A stretch of 64,000 bases of DNA from Cycas panzhihuaensis. Its lineage: Eukaryota > Plantae > Cycadophyta. Numbering within the stretch: position 1 is the first letter of the stretch; each line of letters starts with the position of its first letter. The stretch spans positions 185,325,741 through 185,389,740 of the forward strand of contig CM041465.1 of the NCBI GenBank assembly GCA_023213395.1. Direction: 5' to 3'. The notes beneath the pieces are model-generated. The model saw only the letters and a list, made by a program, of their open reading frames with translations, did not search any database and was not told the origin of the DNA. This document shows, piece by piece, positions 26,312 through 39,749 of the stretch. Position numbers and translations under genes: made by a program.

Positions 26312-29048
26312 TATTAAAATATGGTATCAGAAAAATCTACTATGCTATTAATTGTTAGAAATAGAGGTATATAAACACGTCACATAGGTCTTAAGATCAC
26401 ACAAGATTGTAAGACTATGCGATACAGGTAGAAATAGAGAATAAACATAAATATATACATACACAATACAACATACTTGTAGGAAATGGCCACCTCCAAA
26501 TTATATTATCAAACCTATATATATATATATATATATATATAGAGTACATTATACCACCCAACTATCCAAACACATTTTAGAAGTCTCTTAGTAAACCAAT
26601 GACTAAACATAATAAAGAAGTGTGTACATTATGACCTTAGTGCACATTAAAGGGATAACCACATTGATTTAAATCAATTAAATATTTACATTAGTTAATA
26701 TTACTTTATATTCCTCCACTAATGTTAAACCATGCCATATAATTACTTTAAATCTTGACATCGGGTCTATATTAGACCACATAGATAACTAGATACTATA
26801 CCCACTAGTCCTTTAAAAAGGCCTTCTCATATATGATTTACCAATATTTTCCTGCTAAGTTGCTCTTACCTACTTCTATTTTGTCTATTTTTGTCTCTTT
26901 TAATTGAGGCCACACTTCCAAGAGAAAAATTAAGTTAAAAACCCTTATTGTTATCCACTACACCATGGGACAAACCTGTAAAAATAGTTATGTGAGTAGA
27001 AACATATAACAAAACACCTCATTTTCTAGGCATAGGTTCCATTTTAACACCTGGTCAAATCAATATCTAAACTTCACACCATTAAAACCACCTTGAAATA
27101 TCCTCAAAACATATTATATAACCACTCATTAGAAATCTCCATGAGCTAGCTTTTTATCACAACTGATGACACTTAATTTTGATGTTGTATGAGGGAGATA
27201 CAACTATTTTAATAACTAGAAATCTAAAAAAAAAAAAGGGCTTATAGCCCCTCTTAATTTGGCTCCTAGTCATCCATATAACCTCCTCTAAGGTCTAAGT
27301 AGATTATAAAACACATAAAAAATAATTTAATATCACTTTATAATGTTTAGAAATATTAGAAGATGAAAATAAAAAATTTTCATTATTGTATCATCTCATG
27401 GCATGTGTGCAACCTATATGAAGTATGTTTTTATGTCCAATCACTATTTTTGAAAAGTTTTTTAATATGTAAAGCACTAGAACACCATTTTAGGGAACTA
27501 CAAAATCAATGGAAGTCTCAGAATTGTAAAATATATATATCTAACAATGAGTTTCCTTTATAGACATAATGTCAAAAATACTCAACAATAGACAAAGCCA
27601 AAAAACTAGCACCTAACTTTATTTATTCATTTTAGTAGGTTTCCAAAACCTTTATCTTTCATCTATAGATCTTTCTAGAGTTTTATAGGAGTAAAAATAT
27701 AAGAAAAATAGTTTAATTCTCCATCAAAACCATACAACTCTTACTACTATACTAGATTGTTGCCATAGCTCTTTACAATAGCTTACACCTCTATTTGTAT
27801 GTTAGATCCCCATCACAAACCCTCTTTATCTCTATTATGGATTAAAAACAAGAGAGTGAATCATAAATAATTAAGATCTACAAGTTATTTGTGCAATGTT
27901 TTAGCAATATAAACTATTATAAGGGTTTTAAAATGGTATATGCATCCACCAACACATTGAGCATCAAACCCTTTATCAAATAATAATTATTTATCCTCTA
28001 ACTTGTTGATGGAATGGTACCATATCCCTCTTGAGCTTATAAACCTTATTACACATACTTGTTGACTAGTATTCTTTATATACATAGGTTCTCAACATCA
28101 ACAAGCTCTACACCAAGCCCCAGACACACTAATTTTCATCAACATGAGCCAACAAACTGCTTACTATTCTCAACATGCCGTAAAACACTCATCAATCACT
28201 ATTGTATTTATGATAGAGGGAGAAACCAAGACCAACTTGCCACAACACTGACTTCACAAGGTGATCAAGATTATATTCGAAGCCCCACTCTTGGACTCAT
28301 GTGTAACACCTATATATCAAAATATGCAACAAACCTTTGTGAGATTTGAGATGGCCATAATAATTATGCATCGACTAGATTTTTTGCATAAGCACCAACA
28401 TGCTCTAAGCTTATGACACTAATGTGATTTCAGGTGTCCTACATGACTGTGGTTTGAAACTATCCACAACCTATAATAGAACCTTGCCATATAAATAAAT
28501 AAGCTACCCCTCTTATGGGTCACAAATAGGTATACTAAAACAAGATTAGAATAAAACTTTGATAAGTGGACATACTCATAATCTTACAACCTAACTTTGA
28601 GTTAAAAAATAAGTTTGGACCAAATCTCTAACCAAAGATCTAACCATGGCTTCCATACCAATTGTTAAAATATGGTATGAGTAAAACATACTCTGATATT
28701 AATTAATAGAAATAAAAGTACATAAATATGTTACATAGTTCCTAAGATCATATAAAATTATAAAAGTATGCCATAAAGGTGGAAAGAAGGAATAAACATA
28801 AATATGTGCATATATAATATAACACATTTATGGGAAATAACCACCTCCAAATTTTATTATTAAACCTATACATCTTTATAATACATTACACTATCTAGTT
28901 ATCCAATCATATTTTAAAAGTCACTTAGTTAAGTAATGACTAATTAGAGTAAAGAAGTGTGCACACTATGACCCCCAATATATAGTAAAGGGATAAATAC
29001 ATTGATTTATATCAATTAAATATTTACATGGATTAACATTACCCAACA
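26312..29048 (-). mobile_element. Old non-autonomous LTR element (~390-bp LTRs, ~1.95-kb interior without recognisable domains)
   Basis: Direct repeats 26312-26710 and 28663-29048; reverse PBS-like ggcttccatacca 28648-28660; reverse PPT ttcctccact 26711-26720; TSD TCACC / TCATT. Confidence 0.85.
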
Positions 29049-32000
29049 TCATTATCTTGTAACCATTGTCTGAAGAGATTCTACTACCAAGGGGATAAGT
29101 GTTTTATGTAATACTAGAGCTTCATAGTCATCACACTAATAAGTAAGTGAAGGTATGTGCTTCTTACTTTCTAGTTTAGCTTAGTTTGGCTTAGATTAGT
29201 TCTTTTACAAGTTTATATTATCATTTGTATATTTTTCTATTGAATGAATATGCCTATATTTAATTGATGATGATTTTGACCATAGTTGATGGCTTTATAG
29301 TTGTCTATTTAAGCTCAGTGAGTTAAAGAAATGACTCTCAGTACCTTTATAAGACACATATCTCCCTTCTCTTCCTCTTATTTACAATATTAATCTACTT
29401 AACTTATTTGTTTGGATCTTTTTTACCTTAGAAGCTAGTATTTTTTTATGCTTTTTTCATCCATACTACCATGACTATTATCAACTTACTTGGATTCCTA
29501 TTTCTTCATTTATAAAAATATGATTATTATGATATTGTGAAGTTAACCATAGTACTGCTCTAAAACTTTATAGTACTACTTCAAAGTTCATGGTATTAAT
29601 TCTTTCACTTTTAAATTTTTTTTGGCCTATAGTTGGTTACGCATTTATGGCTCCTAACCATAGACCCATCTACTTATTTCATCAAAATCATGGGTTGCCT
29701 ATGGGTTTTGATTTAATATCATGGGCTAATTAATATCTTTGGCATTAATTTCCCCTAAAACCATGGGTAGTTAGCCCATGATATCCCCCTAATCAATAGG
29801 CCCAAAACCATTGGCCTTGGCCCTTCAATTTCTCTATATATACTCCTCCTTTTTATTGCAAAGGAGAGGTCAATTTCCAAGTTATTACAGTACCATTATA
29901 TTACTAAAATCTGGTCAAGGCTTCTATTTCCACTCAATATTTATTGATAGCTTTCTCACTTGGCTTGGAGATTAAAGGCTAGATGATGTTAGCACTATTG
30001 ACTAAAGTAGATTATCATTAGCATTTCCCCTTCATTAAGAATTAGGATAATGCCCCCACATTGTTTGAATTTTCACCTTCTTATTAAGTGCTTTTTATCT
30101 TCTTTCTAGCATCAAATTGTTATCGTTTTATGCTTCTTATTTTCGTCACTTTTAGTATTTCTTTTTTTTTCTTTGCACACTTCACTCTTCCATGAGTTAT
30201 CATCTTGCAGAGAGAAACAAAGTTTAGTATCACTTATCGAGCTCAAAAAAGGGTGGCAAAACTACAATTTCTGAGGCTATCTTCACACTTCCTTGTCACT
30301 TGCTTAAGCTTACATTTCAATCTCTTTAAATAGTCTATTTTCTCAGAAATTTCCCCATACATTTGTATGCAAGCTAACTTGTGTAGGTGGAGGAACTCTT
30401 TAGAGAATTTATTAAAAGTTTTAGAATATGAGGAGTAGTTAAAGGAATCTTCTTCTTCCTTCTTCCTTAATTCCCTTCCCTTAATAAATCAATTGCCTAT
30501 TATATAGTCATTATACTACCAAAATTTTACCAAACTCTTCTAAAAAGGCTAATATTTCAAAGGCCATTTTAAAGTAATTTCTAGTATATTTAATTTTTCA
30601 ACAAACTTATCTTTTTGTTATAGTTTAATTTAACAAGCAAAAATATTGTCAAAATTTTCATAGAAATCAACTATATATGTGCATGTTGACCTAATAATGT
30701 TTTGGACCTATTAGTGAATTAGAGAGCTAAAAGAAATTTTTAAGAAAAAGGGTTTGAATTGAATATTTAGCACATTGACCTAAGTATTCTTCTAACCCTC
30801 CTTTTATAGATTTATTTTTGGATAGGAAAAGGTTCAAAATCATACTTTTATTTCATATGTTTTTATTCTAGAAATGAAAAGGTAGGAAAGAGTGGCTTGC
30901 CTGCTATATGTTCATAATTCTTTGTATCTTCCCTATCTTGCATGCAAGTGTTCTATTGGTTTCAAAAAGAAAAAAATCTATTTTCTGCATTACATTATAC
31001 TGTATGTGCTTATTTATTTTTTCTTTTTAGTATGCACATTCAAAGGCTATAATGGGGAAGGGGGTTACATTTGTTATAAATCCTTAAATTTATAGGGCAC
31101 ACAAATTTATTTATAAGGTTAACTTTACTTATTTGGCATTCAAATTTAAATTACATACTAGTTGTATTTAGCATATGATGTTTGCCCTCTTAGCCTCTTT
31201 TAAGATTAGGGTAGCTACAATTTCTCTACCTAGATTTCATCACCAGATGAGAGACATAGTCTTGTTCCTTTAAGTACACCAAGTCCTCCATATTTGTGTT
31301 CTAAACAAGTGGGTGAAGGGTGTTTATCCTTGCCACATGCTTATGCATGGAGCATGGATAGCCAAGTGAACTTCATTTATCTCATTAAGAGTAGTGTCCT
31401 CTTCTACTTCACCACTTGGGAACTTGAGATTTATTGGAATCACATGTAGGAATTGTCAGGCTATCCCATAATCCTATGAGTTTGATTACTAATATTTGTT
31501 GGGATAACCCCCCAATGGCCTAAGGGTACATGCATCTAGGGCCCCTCAAAGCCACCTTTGGGGCTTCCCGCAACACCTAGAGCTACCTATTACCGTCCTT
31601 AGCTAACATATCAGATATGTTTGTATTATTTTAATTTATTTTTTAATATTGTTGGCTAACCTAGAGGGAGGGTTGAGGTGCTTAAGCGCCTCCCTAAAAA
31701 TCTATTTAAAGGGTTGCCATGCACCCTAGGTGTTTTTCAACACTACCTTCGATTATTTTAAAAATTTGTTGAATTGTGCACAATGGCATCTTGACCCGCT
31801 CTGCTCTCCTGCACCAACATTTGGTATCAGAGCCATGCACGTTTAACAGGATTAATGTCAGCTTGATTTATTTGATATATATTTCATTTGACTATAGTTT
31901 AACTTTCATTTATTAATTATATTTGGTTAAATTTTTATATTGTTCACATAATATATTTGCTGTTGAAAATCAATGAAGGATGACCTGCAGTCTTTCCAGT

Positions 32001-35000
32001 CCTTTGCTCTAACCGTTGAGTGAAATTATCTCATATAACTACTCGTTAGACTCACAACTGAGAAATCTACTTACTAGAAAAGATGGTTCATGATTTCGCG
32101 CCTTATAAAGGAAGAAATCACTCATTGAACTTCAGTTCCCATTTTTTAGGTATTTTTTGTTCTAGTTCGTTCTTCCTGTACACAACTCCATTGGTCATGA
32201 AAATTTACCAACAGCTAGTCATCTCAAACATTTAGCTCCATTTAAAATTTCACGATAAACCATCTCTCTGTTGGTGAGATCCAGTCTCAGTTTCAGTTTC
32301 TCATTTTTTCATTATTTTTGCATTGTTTTCTTAAATATTTTTGATTTTTTTTTTCAAATTTAATTATTCTTACTCGAGTGCCCTCCTATAGATCTATTTC
32401 AGCTCAGATCTAAGAACTTTTAGATTTTTTCATCTCTATATGCTCTCACGTCCTCTTTGAGTTGCCTCTGTTCTTGCCGCTATCCACGTCAATTTTACCA
32501 CATATAGATCTACATTTTTTAAATTATTTTTTAGCTGTTTGGGTCAAGATGGCTTTGGTGTGGTGATTGCGTCCTTTTCTGGCAAAAATTCAACTTTGAT
32601 CCCTCTTTGTTTTACCTCTATTCATCGTTATTTGACGCGCAGGTTGTCATGAATATACAACATTATTCATTCATTTATTTCTTTGAGTAAACGTTAAATT
32701 AAATTATTATAAATTTATTTTTAAATTAAACTTTAGTGTATGACTATTTGAAATCCTTTATTAAGGCATATAGCTCCCTTGTGGTGTAAGCCCCCGGTCA
32801 CATCAGTCCAAGTGATCTTCAACTCATTGTTAAAGGGGCTTACCTCAAGTTATAAAGTATTTTCTTTTTTATTTTTTGTTAATTTTTCATTAATACATAG
32901 AGTAACTAGCTTATTTTTGAAATAACCTTTCACTGGGGTTTCAGTTTCTGACAAAACTAGTTCTGTTGAGTCTAAAATTTTGTGGGCTATAATTTTAACT
33001 AGTTATTTGCTATCTTTGGAGTAGGTTTGATCTGATTTTAATAAGGTAAAGTTAATCATTTTTTTTTCTAAGTTTTTTGGAGTTATTATCACAAAATCTC
33101 TTTTTTATCAAGTTATATTTTATCATCGAGAGATCATTTTTTACCCAGATCTACTTCGTAGTGATCTATTTTTAGTAGACTTCATCACTGTCTACTTATT
33201 TTATCTTTTAGGATTTGATTTAATCATTATTTTAATCGATGAAAGTGACACTTTAGTTTTTTTTAACATATTTACATAAAAGAATATTACTGACATTTTC
33301 GGTTGTATCTCCTCAACAAAAAAAAAAGATTTCTAAACTGTAAGATTCATTGTAATCTTGATTCAGAGAACTATTGCATGAAGGTATTTTTTGCTTGATT
33401 TGACTAATTATCTTATAGGTTTGAGCAGGTCAAAATTAACCTTATTTGTGTTGCCTATTTTATTAACCTTAGAAGGACACTTTTAATAGTTTCTTTAATA
33501 TATTGAGCTTCATAGCTCAGAATTGAGTATCATCTGATTTTAGTGAAAGATTTTTTAGAGACCTATAGTTTTAAGTTATTTTTATTTCATTTTGAGTCTA
33601 TTTTATAGATGCTCCAAGATATTGAATTAAGGTTACTTTCAAATCCTGGTTGGACTTTTTAAAAGCTTTTTAAGCTATATTTTCTTCTTATTTCAAATAT
33701 ACTTTGCTTGATATTTGCATATTATTGATTATTAATTAGACTTGCTAGTATTCATTGAGATTTTTAGGGATTTTGTAGCTCATCTAACTTATTTTTAGGT
33801 CTCTAGAGCAAAAGGAGCTCATTTCTTATTCATTTCAGCAATCAGGTATTTCTTGCCATAGTTACTTCACTTTTATAAAATTTAATCTTATTTAAAGTCC
33901 TTTTGAGTTTGATTAAAAGTTTATTTATACCCTTTTATGATTATTAAAGGATTTTTTATCCCTATTCATTTTCAAAACAATTTGATTTTAAGTAACTTGA
34001 TTGGTTGTCATCTAGAAAATTCACTCATTTTATTTCAAATCTAAAAGAAAAAGTCCTTGGCTCTCATTTAGAATCTATTTTTATTTTTATTTCAAATTTT
34101 TAAAGAAAAAGTCCTTATTTCTTTACAAAGAAATCTAATTTTTTAAAGGGGGAGAATTCTTTATTTTTAAAGGTTCAAAAGATTTTTTTTTTTCCTTTTC
34201 AAAGTTGAAAAAGATATATTTCTTCTAAAGTGCAAAGAGAGCATTCTTTATTTTTTTTATTTTTTCAAAGGTTTCCATATCTTTTTTGGAAAGAAAAGTG
34301 AATTTTAGATTGTTTTGAAATTAAATAATTATTCTTTTTAAAAAAAGGGCTTACATAGATATTCTTTTAAAAAGGAAAGTGAATCTCTTTGTTGAAGTTG
34401 AATAATTATTTTTTCATTTGAGAAAGACATTTGATTAGTAAAAAGAGTGAATATAGATTTAAATTTATTCATAATTTCTTTATTAAAAATTGGTCATTTA
34501 TATTTACAATTTTTTTTCTAAAGATTAATAACATTCTTTTATTGAAAAAGATATTTCATACTTTACCTTTCAAATTGATATTTGAGTATTGAAAGAAATT
34601 TGATTTAGTTTTTTTTTCAAGATACATTTCTTTTTTTTTTCTGAAAGGAACTTTATTTGTAAGAAAAACCACATATAATAAATTTTTTCTCACATTAAAT
34701 AAGATAAATACTCGATTTAAACCACCTTTTATTCCTGCTTTGCAAGGGAAACGATTAGGACCCCTGAAGTTACCACCTTGTACATGCCACTTAACCTACT
34801 CATATTGGATGAGGAAAGTCTTTGGTTATCAGGCATATTTGGTGGCAAGTTGAGGTGTAAAACCTATTCCATTTATGGTGTTTAGAGACTAAGGCTAGAC
34901 CTGGAGAGGGTGAGTACCTTGGTTTGAGAACCTTCACCGTTAGATTTGTCACTAGGCACAAGTCTGGTGCAGGTGGGTCAATAATTCAAAGAGGTGTAAA

Positions 35001-35282
35001 AGCCTTCTTAACAGCCCACATGCTAAGGTATATAGAGCCTAGTGCTTACGTACTGGTATATTGGGTCCTTATTTTACCATCTGTCGGCAGGTGCCACTAG
35101 TTAGGATAATAACCGAAGGTTACCCCAAGAGACACATAGACTTAGAGCCTAGCAAACCTTATACATGGACTAGGTATACATTAAACCTTAGGTTAAACTT
35201 AAAAAAAAATTATTTATTTATTTATTTAACCAAAACCTTGGTGGGATAAACATATTTTTTATCATAACCTAAGTTGAGTAAC

Positions 35283-38200
35283 ATGGCTACAAGCATAGGA
35301 AATATGATTATTCTAGTTTTTGATGGGATAAATTTCCTAAATTGGAATAGGAAAGTAAAATCTATCCTCACATCAAAGGAATTATGGGAAGTAGTTCAGG
35401 CAGTCTATAAAGATCTAGGTGACCAAGCCACGAATGAATAAAAGAGGGCGTACAAAGAAATGGTCAAGAAAGATAATGAGGCCCTAACATTATTATTTTG
35501 TTCCATTGATGATAAAATCTTTCTAAAGGTGAGTGAAGCAACTACTTCAAAGGCAGTATAGGATACTCTACAATTAATCTATGAAGGAGTGGCCTCATCC
35601 AAGCTTTAAACCCTTAGGAGTAAATTTGAAAACCTAAGGATGGACTCATTACCGATTTTATAACTAAGGTATAAGACCTCGTCAATCACATAAGATCTCT
35701 TGGCAAGACCCTAACGGAACAAAGGGTTATTGAAAGAATTTTAAGATGTGTTAGTGCCATACCTACCTTTGAAATGGTAGCTACCAGCATTAATGTCTCA
35801 AAAGATTTAAGTACTCTTAAGATAGAACAATTGGGTGCTATGTTAATGACTGTTAAAGAAAAGAATGCATCAAATGAATCTCTTGAACATGCTTTTATCA
35901 CTAAGGCAAGGATCCAATCTCATGGTTAAGTAAGCCATTCTAAATCTAAGCATCATTCTCTAAAGGAAAAGAATAGAAATCCTATATATGCACCTCATCA
36001 ACAAAGGCAATAAAGATATCAACCTCCTCATCAAAGACATGGAACTAATCAAAGAGATACGAGGCTAACTAGATATCAAAATGAAGAAAGACGCCAAGGT
36101 CCACACCATTGTTGTCAAATTTATCAAAGGGACACATCATCACAAAGAATAAATCTCCCTCCTCCAAATTATAGATAAAGGGAACATCCACCTCATCATT
36201 AAGAAAGAGAAAGACAATCATATATTAATAGATCATATCCTCAAAGCAGAAGTCTTAGTTATTGGAGGAAAGATTTCTTATATTACACTTTTTGCAATAG
36301 ACCTAGTTACATTGAAGATAGGTGTTTTGCCAAATATGGACCGCTTAATAAGGGAAGTGCCAATACTGTAGTATAAGATAGAGAAAATTAGATATATTTA
36401 TCTTGCTTTCTAGTTAATAAAAATGAAGATAATAGTTGGTACATTGATTCTGGATGTTCAACCCACATGACTCATAAAAAGGGTTGGTTTCAAACTATGG
36501 ACATATCCAAAAAGGGTTCTATTATGTTTGGAGATGACACAACATATGAATTTGTTGGCAAAGGGAACGTAGCCCTCCAAATTGATTCTGGAGAAACTAA
36601 ATACATTGAGGATGTGTTATATGTTCCAACATTAAGGAAGAAACTCCTATCAGTAGGACAAATGATGGGTTAAGATTATAGAGTCATTTTTGACAATGGC
36701 GAGTGTGTTATCAAAGACAAAAAATAAAACAAAACAATTATTGTTAGAGAAAAAATGACAAAGGATAATCTATTTAAACTTATCATCCCCCCATCCCATG
36801 CTTTAAAGACAACCATCAAAATTGACAGTACCATATGGCATAAAAGATTTGGTCACTTAAACTATAATAGTTTGGCTTTAATAAAAAGGATGGAGATAGT
36901 TGATGGATTGCCTATCATAGAAGTAGATAAAGATGTTTATGAAGGATGTTTACTTTGAAAACAACATAGGGAAAGTTTTCTAAATTTTACTTATAGAGAA
37001 AAACATGTTCTTCAATTGGTATATACTAATATTTATGGTCCCATGGACTCTTCATCTCTAGGAGGAGCCAAATACTTTATTACTTTCATTGATGATTATA
37101 CAAGGAAAACATGGGTTTTCTTCATGAAATTTAAATCTAATACATTTCAATACTTTGTTAACTTCAAAACCTATGTGGAAAGACAAAGTGGACATAAGAT
37201 ACTCTCCCTAAGATTAGGCAGTGGGGGAGAATTTATTTCAAATCAATTCAATTCTTATTATGTTCATTATGGAATCAGGCATCAATTAACCAATCCCTAC
37301 ACCCCTTAACAAAATGGTGTAGTAGAAAGGAAAAATTGCACCATAGTTAAAATGGCAAGGTGTATGATGAAAGATAAAAGCCTTGGAAATCAATTTTAGG
37401 CTAAAGCAATACATACTACTGTATATCTAATTAACAGAAGTACCACCAAAGCACTTCAATGGAAAACTCTCAAAGAAGCATGGACAAGATATAAACCTAA
37501 CATCCATCACTTGAAAGTTTTTGGTTGCATAGCATATACTCACATTCCTGAGAAGAAAAGAACAAAATTAGATGATCATAGTACCAAATGTATTTTTATT
37601 GGCTACAGTGATATGTCAAAGTCCTATAAACTTTATGATCCAAAGGCAAGAAAGGTCATTATGAGCAGAGATATTATCTTTTAAGAAAATGATTCATATT
37701 ATGTTTATTATTATCAAGAAAAAGGAAAGAATGTGATAATAAATCTTGATTCTAATCCTAGGTCCACATATGTGCCACCTTGGCAGCTCCATAGAAGGAC
37801 CATTGATGTTGAAAGTGGGGAGGGAACTTCTTCTCAAGCTCCACCATAAACTTTTTCTAGCGAGGAAGCCTCTCAACCTCTACCACAAATAGTTCCTAAA
37901 TGGACCTAAAGATATCATCCTATGGATAACATGTTAGACCATGATTACAATAGAAGATCAACTCGATCTCATAGAACAAACTATGCCCTTATGACTTGTG
38001 TTATGGAGACACATGAGCCTTGAAACTTTAATGAGGCTAATTCTGATGCTACTTAGAGGAAATCCATTGAGGAAGAATACGACTTTATTGTAAAAAATGA
38101 CACCTGGAAATTAGTTGATTTACCTCCCAACAAAAAGCCTATTGGGGCCAAGTGGATATACAAAACAAAATTCAGATCCAATGGCTCTATTGACAAATAT

Positions 38201-39214
38201 AAAGCTTGCCTTGTTGCAAAGGGATACTCTCAAAAGGAAGGAATTGACTATAATGAGACCTTTGCTCTAGTTTCCATAATGGAAATAATTAGAATGATTA
38301 TCAATTTGGCTGCTCAAATGAAATAGGACGTTTGTCAAATAGACGTCAAAACTGCTTTCCTTATGGTTATATCGAAGAGGACATCTATGTCTCTCAACCC
38401 CTCAATTTTGAAGTCAAGGGGGAAGAAAACAAAGTGTATAAACTCAAAAAAGCACTTTATGGACTCAAACAAGTGCCTAGGGCATGGTATACCCGAATTG
38501 ATAAATATTTCAAGGATCAAGGCTTCAAAAGATCTCAATCAGACCCAAATTTATACGCTAAGATCAAAGGAAAATCAATCTTAATTGTGGGTTTATATGT
38601 TGATGACCTTGTGTACATTGGAAATAATCCACAACTCTCACATCAATTCAAAGAAGATATGTGCAGAGAATTTGAAATGACTAATTTCGGATTAATGCAT
38701 TATTTCCTTGGAATAGAAGTATGGTAAGATGATGGCGGCATTCTTATCTCTTAAATGAAATATACCTTGGACTTGCTTCAAAGGTTCAAGATGAGTGAAT
38801 GTAAATCTTTAACTACTCCTGCATAAGTTAGAATTAAACTTTCAAAGCATGATGAATCTGCTCCTATGGATCTAACTCTATACAGGTAATTAATTAGCAG
38901 CCTAATTTACTTGACATCTACATGACCTGATATCATGCATGTCATTAGCGTGGTGTCCCAATTTATACATGATCCAAAGACTACACACTAGTAAGCTGCA
39001 AAAAGAATTCTATGGTATCTCAAAGGCATAACAGATTTTTTATTATATTATAGGTCTACACTAAACTTCAAATTAACAGGACATACAGATTTAGATTGGG
39101 TCGGTGATATAAATGACAGGAAATCTACATCAGGTTACATATTTAATATGGGTTTAGCAACTATAGTGTGGAGTTCAAAGAAATAAAATACGGCCTCCTT
39201 ATCAACAAATGTAA
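35283..39214 (+). pseudogene. Copia-C gag-PR-INT-RT and start of RNase H
   Basis: MATSIG...VFDGINFLNWNRK; WYIDSGCSTHMT; WHKRFGHLN; YFITFIDDYTRKTW; LKKALYGLKQVPRAWY; LYVDDL; DRKSTSGY. Confidence 0.95.
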
Positions 39215-39749
39215 CGATACCGAGAGACCGATATGTTGCGATTTTTGGAAGCTTGAGAGGCGATGTGGCGCTAGGGTTTATCGAACTGCGGATCGTAGGG
39301 GGCATCCCCGGATGAGCTTGTGCGATGGAGTGAGCATGTTTTACGCTCCGCATCCGTGAACTTAGGCGTATCCTCCTGAATGAGGGTTTGGTAAGGCGTT
39401 CGGAGCAAGCTTCGAAGGGGTTAGCGTGGTGGTCCTCCGATGCGGAGGGATAGCAGTTAAAGGGAAGGTGCCTCAGGTCCTTAGATGCGATGCTGCTGCG
39501 TTAGGACTGGCGTGGAAGGCTCCCTCTCAAGGTCCGACGAGTTCTTCAAGGGTTACAGCGCTATAGGAGATACAAAGGATGATTCTAAGGCGTAAACGCC
39601 AATGTAAGAAGGGTATGGCTATGTGCAGACTCGCGTTCCGTGCTGAGTCTTAGTTGTGCTTTATTTCAGTTTGTGTAAGCTTTTTATTTTTGTAACCAAT
39701 ATGATGTCGGACGACTGTAACCAAACTCGCCTCTCCCTGGGAGATCTTA

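Noticed and set aside
26322-26331. tggtatcaga as a plus-strand PBS
   Set aside because: Lies 10 nt inside an LTR, differs in the partner LTR and is not preceded by an LTR end
34811-34820. GAGGAAAGTC, resembling the RNase P RNA conserved region I
   Set aside because: Not conserved in the second module copy and no 3' P4 partner seen
35100-35200. Loose resemblance of gaaggttacccc...gacttagagcct to the picornavirus type II IRES J-K domain
   Set aside because: Too short and from memory; not evidence of homology
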